A DNA stretch of 16,914 nucleotides from Candidatus Heimdallarchaeota archaeon (GTDB taxonomy: Archaea > Asgardarchaeota > Heimdallarchaeia > Heimdallarchaeales > Heimdallarchaeaceae): the NCBI GenBank assembly GCA_018238545.1, contig JABCTC010000061.1:1-16914 (forward strand), given 5' to 3'. The translations under genes and the position numbers were made by a program. Below are positions 8,941 through 16,445 of this stretch, piece after piece. The number at the start of each line of letters is the position of its first letter. The stretch's first letter is position 1. The notes under the pieces are model-generated. The model had not been told where the DNA came from. It saw only the letters and a list, made by a program, of their open reading frames with translations, and searched no databases.

Positions 8941-9132
8941 ATGGGAAGAAGAGATAAAAATACAGAAGATAAATTAACATTTGAAGTAATTATAAGAAAT
9001 ACAGTAACAAGTGGAGCACAATCTAGTATTCAAACTGTTAGTGATCCACCTAGTGATTGTCCTGGTCAGTGTGGGCAATCTGATTTAGGATCTTCGCTTA
9101 GAACCTCAGCCTGTGATATATTATTGTGGTAA
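8941..9132 (+). CDS. Putative RiPP precursor peptide (63 aa)
   Basis: AGGTGA RBS at 8931-8936 favours ATG 8941 over 8914; MGRRDKNTEDKLTFEVIIRN leader-like part plus S/T/G/D/C-rich core (DPPSDCPGQCGQSDLGSSLRTSACDILLW); directly downstream of the rSAM/SPASM gene. Confidence 0.75.
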   Translation: MGRRDKNTEDKLTFEVIIRNTVTSGAQSSIQTVSDPPSDCPGQCGQSDLGSSLRTSACDILLW

Positions 9133-9164
9133 TAAGCAATATTTAAGTTATCGAAAATATCTAA

Positions 9165-10853
9165 TTGGTGTTTACAATACTATTCTCTTTTATTTATTTG
9201 AAGAAAAATCATCCATTAAGAACATGTATACTAGAAACTAGTAAACTTTTTTGTGATTATTCAGCTTCAGATTCTGATTTTATAGAATCTGTAAGAAAAA
9301 TATTAACTGCTTCGGAATCTCAATCATTAAAAGAAGAAGAGTTGTATACAATAAAATCTGCTGTAGATTGTATAGAAGTATTTCTAGCAGATTATGATTT
9401 TAAAAGGTTTGATGAAATTTGTTCAAAAGCAAAATCTGTAGGATATCGTGAAAGCTTTATTGATTTGCTACTCTTAAAAGGTTTGATTTTAAGTTCTTTG
9501 AGTATGTCTGGCTTAAATCGCAATTTTAGAATAAGCGAGAAAGAGAAGATTTTCTCTTTGTTAAAAGAAGTTGATTTACAAAAAAACATCTATTTTGATT
9601 TAATATATGGAAAATATCTCTTCATAAAAGGGAATGAGCAACAAGCGTCTATTCTTTACGAAGATCTAAAAAACAGAATCGCTCAAGATGACTGTGCTTC
9701 ACAGGTTATCATTTTGAATCTTCTCTCTTGTATATATGAACGTGAGCCTTCCAAACAGATTAGTATCATAAACGAGGGGATGAATGGTACTTGCTTTTAT
9801 TGGAACTTCGTTATTCAATATATAGACTTCTTAACACAAAGGGGAAAATATGTAGAATTACTTCAAGAAGGTTCTATCTTCTTGCAAAAATTAGATGAAA
9901 ATAAAGTAATAGAATTACTTCACAAAAAAGCACATATATTAAACCATATGATCAAAGCATCTTATAAATTGAATGAACAAGCTAAAATGAATCATTACAC
10001 CCAGCTTTTTAGAGAAGCTCTAGACGAACTTCCGGATGATAACCATGGATTGAAGAGAAATTTTGAGTTTCTTAAATTCACACATGAAATTTTGTATCAA
10101 GCATTTTATGAAGAAAAATTACAAATTGATTTGAGTGATAAGAAAATCCAAACTTTTAGTAAAAATCATTATGTGAAAATGTTGCAATCATTTCTTATAG
10201 TGAACCCACTAATAAATAGACTTATTCAAGATGGTGAGTTTGATCAAGCTTCTCTTTTTATAAATAATATAGAGAAAGGAAAAGGATACTCACAATCTAC
10301 TGATGAGTTAATAACTTTCATGAAATACTTCTCTCTTTCACTTCTCATTGATAAATCCCTAAAATGGAAGAAATATAACAGTAAGAATTATGAAGGGAAT
10401 CAGACTGAAGTGGCTTTAGCTTATTTAGAAGAAGGTACAACATATCTAGGTGAACTAGATTATTCATTCAAAATAGCTTCTTTTCTTCAAGAAATTATCT
10501 TGAAATCGAGATTAGGTAGATTGAATGAAGTTAAAGAAACAGTTTTAGATGATATACAACTAACTGAAGGTTATGATCGTATACTTGCACTGATGGTTTC
10601 ACTTCTTTATTATTCTGGTAATGAGGAGATAGAAAAATTTCACAAAACTAAACAAGTGTTGCTTTTTGAATTAGACAAATATAAGGAACTGAGTTCTTAC
10701 AGTATTTGGAAAGAAAATATGAATAACCTCTTTTCATTCCTAGATGTTAAAGATAAAGTTCTTTCTACAAGGAAAACAACCTTCTTAGATATAGAACAAA
10801 TTAAGTCTTATACAACCTTCTTACAAAATCAGATCCATAAACAAATGGTATAA
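9165..10853 (+). CDS. Large alpha-helical (TPR-like) repeat protein
   Basis: Amphipathic helix pairs with TPR-like signatures (YGKYLFIKGNEQQASILYE; FLTQRGKYVELL; LIQDGEFDQASLFI; SRLGRLNEVKE). Start codon uncertain. Confidence 0.6.
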   Translation: MVFTILFSFIYLKKNHPLRTCILETSKLFCDYSASDSDFIESVRKILTASESQSLKEEELYTIKSAVDCIEVFLADYDFKRFDEICSKAKSVGYRESFIDLLLLKGLILSSLSMSGLNRNFRISEKEKIFSLLKEVDLQKNIYFDLIYGKYLFIKGNEQQASILYEDLKNRIAQDDCASQVIILNLLSCIYEREPSKQISIINEGMNGTCFYWNFVIQYIDFLTQRGKYVELLQEGSIFLQKLDENKVIELLHKKAHILNHMIKASYKLNEQAKMNHYTQLFREALDELPDDNHGLKRNFEFLKFTHEILYQAFYEEKLQIDLSDKKIQTFSKNHYVKMLQSFLIVNPLINRLIQDGEFDQASLFINNIEKGKGYSQSTDELITFMKYFSLSLLIDKSLKWKKYNSKNYEGNQTEVALAYLEEGTTYLGELDYSFKIASFLQEIILKSRLGRLNEVKETVLDDIQLTEGYDRILALMVSLLYYSGNEEIEKFHKTKQVLLFELDKYKELSSYSIWKENMNNLFSFLDVKDKVLSTRKTTFLDIEQIKSYTTFLQNQIHKQMV

Positions 10854-11131
10854 TGGGGTTGAACCAAGTACTGTTGATTTTTTTTCGGTTTATTAGTAAT
10901 TTCTTAATTATAAATCAGAAATTCAATTTTTTTGACTTATGACCACAATGATGCAATAAACTGAAATTCAGACCTTGTTTAAAGGTCTACTTCTTGGAAC
11001 TTCCTCCATATTAGAAGTAACAAGCATTTACATGATAATGCAAATCTATCTCACGTGTCAAACGAAACACATTTATTTTGTATATTATGGTAAATTTCTC
11101 ATTCTTTTTTACTAAAAATCAGAAAATATAT

Positions 11132-11147
11132 AAACTTTATAAATAAA
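11132..11147 (+). promoter_or_regulatory. TATA-box-like promoter of cas operon
   Basis: AAACTTTATAAATAAA (TTTATAAA at 11136-11143), nearly identical to the element upstream of 3093. Confidence 0.45.
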
Positions 11148-11188
11148 CTCAATATTGAATATTTGTTCATCTATTTATTTAACTCAAC

Positions 11189-11201
11189 TGTCAGTATGAC
11201 A
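11189..11201. promoter_or_regulatory. Palindrome TGTCA-GTA-TGACA upstream of cas8
   Basis: Perfect 5-bp inverted repeat between the TATA-like box and the cas8 start. Confidence 0.35.
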
Positions 11202-11233
11202 TAAATACGTATCAAAATTGGGGAAGAATAAGG

Positions 11234-12745
11234 TTGAAAGTAAAAGAATTGAAAATATCAACATATTCAAATTTTTGGTTAGATAATGGCATTGTTTCAC
11301 TCTATTCTTTAATTAAAAATTGTAAAGGTATTTCCAATTTAGAACTAACAAATGAAGAATTGTGTTTTACAATTAATGATTTAACTATCTTCATAGATCA
11401 ATTGAGAAACAATATACTTCGAGAAGTGAACCGAGTTCTTTTCTTCCAGATTCAAGATCCACAAACTAAACTTATCAAAATTGTAAGAAGACAGTATGTA
11501 ATTTCACAACAAGTAAAAGGTGGAGCACTTAAAGAAAAGATTTTCAATGAAGAACATGTAAAGCAACAGCTTGAGGATGCTTTTGATTTTGATACAAAAA
11601 AGAAGACTTGCGTTATATGTGGTAATGAATATTCAAAATCAAAGAATTTAACACAGACTGTATTCCCACTAGTTACTAAGATGAAAAGTCTAGGAGGAAT
11701 AAGAGGGAATAAAGAATATATTGATGTATGTCCAATATGTTATTTAGTTTCAGCTTCAGCCTGGTTGGATAATAATATTTATACAAACATCGATCCGAGT
11801 ACGAAAGGTTTCTCAATATTGCTTCTTCCAATTCAAAATAATTTGGTGAACTATTATAAAGTTAAAAAAATGATAAGAACTGTCACTGATATGCAAACCA
11901 CTAAAATGTCTAGCATATTAGTGAAATCAATAACTCAAGATAGGAAAAAAAGAAAAGTCAGAGGATATGAAAAATATTCCACATTATTATTACTTCTAGA
12001 AGAGTTGATGCATAAATTAAGAGAACCAGATTCTGATCCATTTTCAGCTAAGTTGAATGATTTAGTAAACACCGAATGGTATTCTCTAACAATCCCCCAT
12101 GGAGGTATGAAGAATATTAAAACAGAAATCATATCTATAGATCATAGGATTATTAATTTATTGAATACTCTTATTGAGAAGTATAACAATTTAAGAATAT
12201 ATTCAGATTTTGTTGACAAAATCTATGTTACATCTGATGGGAAACCAGATTTTGCTAGTGGCAAGAAGATAAAAGAATCTTTAGCCATGGCTCTAATTAA
12301 AAATGATCTAGATTTGTTCTGCACAACTATTTTTCCTTCTAGAGGTTTAACTGTATCATTTTCTTTTAGCAATATTGATTTTCTATTATACGAATGGAGG
12401 TTAAGAATTTTGAATTATGGAATGGAAAAACTCGAAGTCTTTAAAAAAACTGCAAACATCATTGCAGAGGTAAGTAAGAAAAACACAGGTCTCTTTTATA
12501 GATTAGATAAAACTAGAACTTTCTCTGATTTTCTTGAATCAATTAAAGATGCTGCACGGGGTATGGTTAGTCTAAGCTCATCTGCTGAACAAGGAGAAAC
12601 AAAGTATAAAATATCCCCAACAGCTTTTGATGATTTTCTGACATTACTACTTGAAAATCAACAACATTGGAAGGATATCAAGAGTATTTTAATTATTTAC
12701 ACAGCAATGTATTATTCAATAAAAATGAAAAAAATAAGAGGTTGA
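11234..12745 (+). CDS. cas8a1: Type I CRISPR large subunit Cas8a1/Cst1 (CXXC-CXXC family)
   Basis: N-terminal NFWLDNGIVSL, zinc motif CVICG...FPL...CPICY, helical Cas11-like C-terminus; first gene before cas7-cas5. Confidence 0.82.
   Translation: MKVKELKISTYSNFWLDNGIVSLYSLIKNCKGISNLELTNEELCFTINDLTIFIDQLRNNILREVNRVLFFQIQDPQTKLIKIVRRQYVISQQVKGGALKEKIFNEEHVKQQLEDAFDFDTKKKTCVICGNEYSKSKNLTQTVFPLVTKMKSLGGIRGNKEYIDVCPICYLVSASAWLDNNIYTNIDPSTKGFSILLLPIQNNLVNYYKVKKMIRTVTDMQTTKMSSILVKSITQDRKKRKVRGYEKYSTLLLLLEELMHKLREPDSDPFSAKLNDLVNTEWYSLTIPHGGMKNIKTEIISIDHRIINLLNTLIEKYNNLRIYSDFVDKIYVTSDGKPDFASGKKIKESLAMALIKNDLDLFCTTIFPSRGLTVSFSFSNIDFLLYEWRLRILNYGMEKLEVFKKTANIIAEVSKKNTGLFYRLDKTRTFSDFLESIKDAARGMVSLSSSAEQGETKYKISPTAFDDFLTLLLENQQHWKDIKSILIIYTAMYYSIKMKKIRG
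12410..12745 (+). CDS. cas11: Probable internally translated small subunit Cas11 (in frame within cas8)
   Basis: GGAGGT at 12396-12401 lies 8 nt before in-frame TTG 12410 (ATG at 12422); the product (107-111 aa) has the GLFYRLDKTRTFSDFLESI helical motif typical of Cas8 C-termini/small subunits. Confidence 0.55.
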   Translation: MNYGMEKLEVFKKTANIIAEVSKKNTGLFYRLDKTRTFSDFLESIKDAARGMVSLSSSAEQGETKYKISPTAFDDFLTLLLENQQHWKDIKSILIIYTAMYYSIKMKKIRG

Positions 12746-12749
12746 AAAA

Positions 12750-13673
12750 ATGAAAGATAAAATAAAAGGTATTAGCTTAACATGGTTATCAAAAGTAGAT
12801 CTCTCCAACTTAAATAGTGGAGAAGGAGGAAGCAATTATATTGATGTCAAGAAATTCAAAGCGAACAATATAGACTATCCATATGTTAGCGGACAAGCTA
12901 TGCGGCATTACATCAAATCAGCAATTAGAAGACTGGGTGCAGAAGGATGTATCTTAAATGAAAAAGGTGAAGGATGCCGAGATATTCAATCTTGTATAAT
13001 TTGTGATTTATTTGGTTTTATGTCTCCCAAAGCAAAAAGTGGGGCAGAAACAAGAATTTCTCCCGTAAAAGTGTCTCCAGCGATAGGATTATATCCATTA
13101 GATGAAAATATAACCGTAGATTTTCTAACAAGAAAGAAGTATAAAGGTGAAAAATATATCGGAGACATAGTTCATGTTGAACTTGCTCACAACCTTTATC
13201 GATGTGGAATTAGTATAGATATAAGAAGAGTTTCTGCTGAAGAAATTCCTAATTCAAGTGAAGCAAAAATTGAGCTTAAAGAATATGGAGGAATAGATCA
13301 AGCAAAAATTAGGATTAAATTGCTATTGCGAGCTTTATTATACTTAACCGAAGCTTCAAAACAATCTAGATTACTTACAGATTTCACACCAGATTTCTTG
13401 GTTATTACTTTTCAAAAGCACTTTTCAAACCGAATTCAAAAAGCTTTATCAATCCAAGAATACGAGAAATTAGATCTGGTTAGATTTGAAAGCATTATAA
13501 ATGATTTGAAGTTTGATGATAATATTATAATCGTGGGAATGCTGCCTAACACGATAAGAGAAGAGCAGAAAATTAAAAAAATCTTAGAAGAATCTGATAT
13601 CCCCATATTTAGTCCTAAGAAAGCTATTGAAGAATCAGTGAAATTGTTAGAAAAAATTGAAATATCTAGGTAG
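12750..13673 (+). CDS. cas7: Cas7/Cst2/DevR backbone subunit
   Basis: SNLNSGEG..N..DVKK, PYVSGQAMRHYIK, CDLFGFM, RISPVKVSPAI, KQSRLLTDFTPD motifs. Confidence 0.93.
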   Translation: MKDKIKGISLTWLSKVDLSNLNSGEGGSNYIDVKKFKANNIDYPYVSGQAMRHYIKSAIRRLGAEGCILNEKGEGCRDIQSCIICDLFGFMSPKAKSGAETRISPVKVSPAIGLYPLDENITVDFLTRKKYKGEKYIGDIVHVELAHNLYRCGISIDIRRVSAEEIPNSSEAKIELKEYGGIDQAKIRIKLLLRALLYLTEASKQSRLLTDFTPDFLVITFQKHFSNRIQKALSIQEYEKLDLVRFESIINDLKFDDNIIIVGMLPNTIREEQKIKKILEESDIPIFSPKKAIEESVKLLEKIEISR

Positions 13674-13674
13674 G

Positions 13675-14352
13675 ATGTGTAAATTGTTAGGTATACGATT
13701 TGATTTGGATCCTGTTAACTTTGTTTGCTTTAGAAATCCAATAACAAATAGCACAATATTAACCTACCCTATACCCCCTTTCACAACCATAATTGGATTA
13801 TTAGAATCTTGCTTAGGGAAACCATCGATTGAGAAACGTAATGATTTGAAAGAATTTCACCTTATAGATAAGGTTAGAATAGGATTACGAATTTTAGACG
13901 AAGGAAGTAAAAACAGAGAAATAGCCTTAATATTAAAGCTGAAAGAGGGAAGTGGGTCTTCACCTGTATTTAGAGAGTTTTTAGCATATCCAAAGTATAG
14001 AGTCTATCTTACTTCTGATAACAAAAGTTTACTTGAAAGAATTCACGGAGCTCTAAAAAATCCAAGACGGCCTTTATATTTGGGTTCATCTGATGACTTA
14101 GTTGATATTAGGAATATTAAGATGTTACCAATTCAGAAAGTTAAATCAAATTATATTGATGGTATTGGCTTTTACCCTTATCCTGATACTTCAACAATTC
14201 AGATACCATGGAAGTTTATGCAAATAGGAAAATCTTGGAATGTTGAAAAAGTACCTGTCTCAATACCAACCAGAGAGAAAATATTCTTTGATATCCCAAA
14301 GGAGGTATATGTGTTTGAAGAAGATAGAATTGAACTCTCACCCCCTAGGTAA
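13675..14352 (+). CDS. cas5: Cas5 (Cas5t/DevS-like)
   Basis: FRNP......TYPIPPFTTIIGLLESCLG, SPVFREFL, LKNPRRPLYLGSSDDLV; ATG at 13675 directly after the cas7 stop is the likelier start. Confidence 0.92.
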   Translation: MCKLLGIRFDLDPVNFVCFRNPITNSTILTYPIPPFTTIIGLLESCLGKPSIEKRNDLKEFHLIDKVRIGLRILDEGSKNREIALILKLKEGSGSSPVFREFLAYPKYRVYLTSDNKSLLERIHGALKNPRRPLYLGSSDDLVDIRNIKMLPIQKVKSNYIDGIGFYPYPDTSTIQIPWKFMQIGKSWNVEKVPVSIPTREKIFFDIPKEVYVFEEDRIELSPPR

Positions 14353-14530
14353 AGCAAATATTCATGGTTATGGGCAGACTCTCTGTGGTCATCAACGAGA
14401 TACTGTTATTTCATTTATGTATTTTCTAAAGCAAGAATCTGGATCAGTTAGAGCTTTCTGCAAAAGGTGGGCAATAGAATACAATCACTTTGTCCAAAAC
14501 ATGCTTTTTGTATGTTATTTTCATTGTTAG
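14309..14530 (+). pseudogene. cas3: Truncated Cas3 HD-nuclease N-terminus
   Basis: GGAGGT at 14301-14306, ATG 14309 (or TTG 14330); PLGK.....QTLCGH..D (first HD-domain His motif) ... LFVCYFH, then C* instead of the expected D.GK; position after cas5. Confidence 0.78.
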
Positions 14531-14855
14531 ACCTTCCCTTTGTTAGCAAGTTCAAGCCGTTCACGGATAGAAAAGCTTAAGTTTGACTCACGCTCCTCAA
14601 AATCAGCAATCGCATTGGTAATGTTAAAAAGCGTATTATTAAGCCTTATTATGGTATTGTTATAATCCATCAAAAGCCGTGCCTCTCCACCGGTTGCCTC
14701 ACGGGCCAGTTTCCGGCCACCAACGAACTCTTTGATAAAGTCCGCCTTAAACACAATATTGTTTCGTATAGTTTTCATTATACTACCCCCATTTTTGGAT
14801 TATTATAATTATCCAAGTAACAAGAAAATATAAGCCTAAAAATAACATACAAAAA
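14505..14855. repeat. 17-bp perfect inverted repeat pair (14505-14521 / 14839-14855)
   Basis: TTTTTGTATGTTATTTT at 14505-14521 and its reverse complement AAAATAACATACAAAAA at 14839-14855. Confidence 0.8.
14527..14778 (-). CDS. Hypothetical viral protein (83 aa, C-terminal coiled-coil-like)
   Basis: GGGGG RBS 7 nt before ATG; last gene of the minus-strand run, with its stop 2 bp from the cas3 His codon. Confidence 0.7.
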   Translation of the reverse strand: MKTIRNNIVFKADFIKEFVGGRKLAREATGGEARLLMDYNNTIIRLNNTLFNITNAIADFEERESNLSFSIRERLELANKGKV

Positions 14856-14923
14856 AACCACGTTGTCAAAAAATTAGTAAGTAGCGAAATTAAACCGTGT
14901 TCAGTCAAATAAACTGCAATCAT
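14783..14923 (-). CDS. 46-aa membrane protein (not in ORF track)
   Basis: MIAVYLTEHGLISLLTNFLTTWFFCMLFLGLYFLVTWIIIIIQKWG*; AAGGGGTG RBS; fills the gap between neighbours. Confidence 0.65.
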   Translation of the reverse strand: MIAVYLTEHGLISLLTNFLTTWFFCMLFLGLYFLVTWIIIIIQKWG

Positions 14924-14934
14924 AGGCACACCCC

Positions 14935-15141
14935 TTATTTTCTAATCAAGTCATGTTTCATTGCCCGGATAACGCCAGCAGGAAACCACTTTGTTTTTTT
15001 TACTTTAATAAGAACTTCGTCACCTTCAAACCTTACAATCTCACACCGGATATATTTTATACTTGAAGTATACCCGGCTAATTTAGGTGCATTCTTATCA
15101 AAAACAATCGCTTTGTGCATAAAATATAATGTTGTTTTCAT
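14935..15141 (-). CDS. Hypothetical basic viral protein (68 aa)
   Basis: GAGGTG RBS; tightly packed with neighbours. Confidence 0.7.
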   Translation of the reverse strand: MKTTLYFMHKAIVFDKNAPKLAGYTSSIKYIRCEIVRFEGDEVLIKVKKTKWFPAGVIRAMKHDLIRK

Positions 15142-15151
15142 GCCACACCTC

Positions 15152-15601
15152 TTAAAGTTTTCTTTTTATATAATTCACCAACCGGCCCAAACAATAAACG
15201 GGTAATGTAAAAATTGCAGTTCCAAACGAAAGCAAGTGAAAACATACCATAGCAAACAACCCCTTGTCTTTTACTGCCTGAACTACCTTTTTGTTTTTAA
15301 CCGCAAGGGCTTTCCTATCCGCCTCTCTAATAACATCTATAACATAACTTAAAGCAGCCGTGGCTTCTTTGGCAGTTACACCCTTATGCAAGGTTACAGT
15401 TACAGGCGTGTCATTATTTGTGAACTCATTTCTTGTGGCAAGTCCTATTGCAAACTTATCCTTAGAGCCCGGTTTGGCGGCCCCTATTCCAAAAGAGGAA
15501 CAGGGCAATATTACACACGTTGTGTTAAGCCGCCTCAAAACATCTATCCGAATCTTCTCCTCGTTTGTCAAACTATTATTTAATTCAGTTGTTGTTTTCA
15601 T
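15152..15601 (-). CDS. Hypothetical viral protein with C-terminal hydrophobic segment (149 aa)
   Basis: AAGGAAGTGA RBS; LFAMVCFHLLSFGTAIFTLPVYCLG segment followed by a basic tail. Confidence 0.7.
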   Translation of the reverse strand: MKTTTELNNSLTNEEKIRIDVLRRLNTTCVILPCSSFGIGAAKPGSKDKFAIGLATRNEFTNNDTPVTVTLHKGVTAKEATAALSYVIDVIREADRKALAVKNKKVVQAVKDKGLFAMVCFHLLSFGTAIFTLPVYCLGRLVNYIKRKL

Positions 15602-15616
15602 TTGTCACTTCCTTTT

Positions 15617-15826
15617 TTAGTATGTCATTCTAATCTGGTTCTGTTCTGTAAGGGTAGCACTGTAAAATAAATCATTTGACTTGCCATAGACACCATTCGC
15701 AAGGGCCTTAAAGTGATCACCGTCACCGTAATGTCCCTTATAATCACACGCAAGGCCTTTATTCCATAAAGTATCCCCCATCCTATCGTATACCGACATC
15801 TTATCCATACGTTCTTTTAGTGTCAT
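15617..15826 (-). CDS. Hypothetical viral protein (69 aa; start corrected from 15922)
   Basis: AGGGGG RBS before ATG 15826, which overlaps (ATGA) the stop of the upstream gene; begins MTLKERMDKMSVYDRMGD. Confidence 0.65.
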   Translation of the reverse strand: MTLKERMDKMSVYDRMGDTLWNKGLACDYKGHYGDGDHFKALANGVYGKSNDLFYSATLTEQNQIRMTY

Positions 15827-16005
15827 TCCGCACCCCCTAACGGCACTTTGTGGCCCTTTTTGTTCTTTCCTGATAAAACAATACCACGGCCCCCGCACTG
15901 GCTTGTGCCTTTTGCAGGACACTTCTCACAAGCCTGCAAGCCGTAAAACTGAACCGTCCAACACTCATCTGTCAAATTGCCTTGTTTGATGTTTAATACT
16001 TTCAT
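15823..16005 (-). CDS. Small Cys-rich viral protein (60 aa)
   Basis: AAAGGGGG RBS; C-x10-CxxC-x7-C pattern (ECW...ACEKC...QCGG). Confidence 0.7.
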   Translation of the reverse strand: MKVLNIKQGNLTDECWTVQFYGLQACEKCPAKGTSQCGGRGIVLSGKNKKGHKVPLGGAE

Positions 16006-16016
16006 AGATACCCCCT

Positions 16017-16244
16017 TTACTTTGCGTATAGTAATGTATTGTTTGCATTGCCAAAGCTTATAGGCAATACGAACTCCATTGCAAGTAAGTAGTTGTTAGC
16101 GCAAAGAGGACACACCACTTCGAGTCTATCTTTGCCCCTGTCTAACAACACGCCACCATTATCGTATTTCGCTTTGCATAGCGTGCATATAAAACTACCG
16201 ATAACCACGGGTCTTTTGTTATACTCAATAACCATATTGTTCAT
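16017..16244 (-). CDS. Small zinc-finger protein (CxxC-x21-CxxC)
   Basis: AGGGGG RBS; CTLC...VCPLC. Confidence 0.7.
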   Translation of the reverse strand: MNNMVIEYNKRPVVIGSFICTLCKAKYDNGGVLLDRGKDRLEVVCPLCANNYLLAMEFVLPISFGNANNTLLYAK

Positions 16245-16272
16245 AACGCCCCCTGTCTATTTAGAGTTAAGG

Positions 16273-16443
16273 TTATTCTTTGTCTAAATACGAAGGGTAA
16301 CAGGGCCTTCTTGGTTTAAGAGCACCACTTGAAAGAAACCAACGGTCTAACACCCGGTCAATTCCTTTTTCAAGCAAAGGAAGGCCACGGCTCACAAGTA
16401 CAACCCAACCAACGAAAACTAATATCCAGAATAAGAGTTCCAT
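16273..16443 (-). CDS. 56-aa membrane protein (not in ORF track)
   Basis: MELLFWILVFVGWVVLVSRGLPLLEKGIDRVLDRWFLSSGALKPRRPCYPSYLDKE*; AAAGGGGG RBS overlapping the end of the upstream gene. Confidence 0.65.
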   Translation of the reverse strand: MELLFWILVFVGWVVLVSRGLPLLEKGIDRVLDRWFLSSGALKPRRPCYPSYLDKE

Positions 16444-16445
16444 AA

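Noticed and set aside
10854-11233. CRISPR array or leader-repeat upstream of cas8
   Set aside because: No regularly spaced 28-37 bp direct repeats found here or elsewhere in the window.
1040-13168. Short shadow ORFs (1040-1255, 2477-2674, 5470-5664, 6957-7163, 7343-7579, 7889-8104, 9392-9589, 11935-12132, 12986-13168)
   Set aside because: They overlap well-supported genes antisense or out of frame, and their F/S/I/L-rich composition is typical of reverse-read AT-rich coding DNA.
14240-14308. ORF-track start for the cas3 fragment
   Set aside because: Lies deep within cas5; the GGAGGT at 14301 points to a start at 14309 or later.
11234-14530. CRISPR-associated transposon or naturally cas3-less Cascade
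   Set aside because: No tns/tniQ genes, and a normal cas3 start is present but interrupted.
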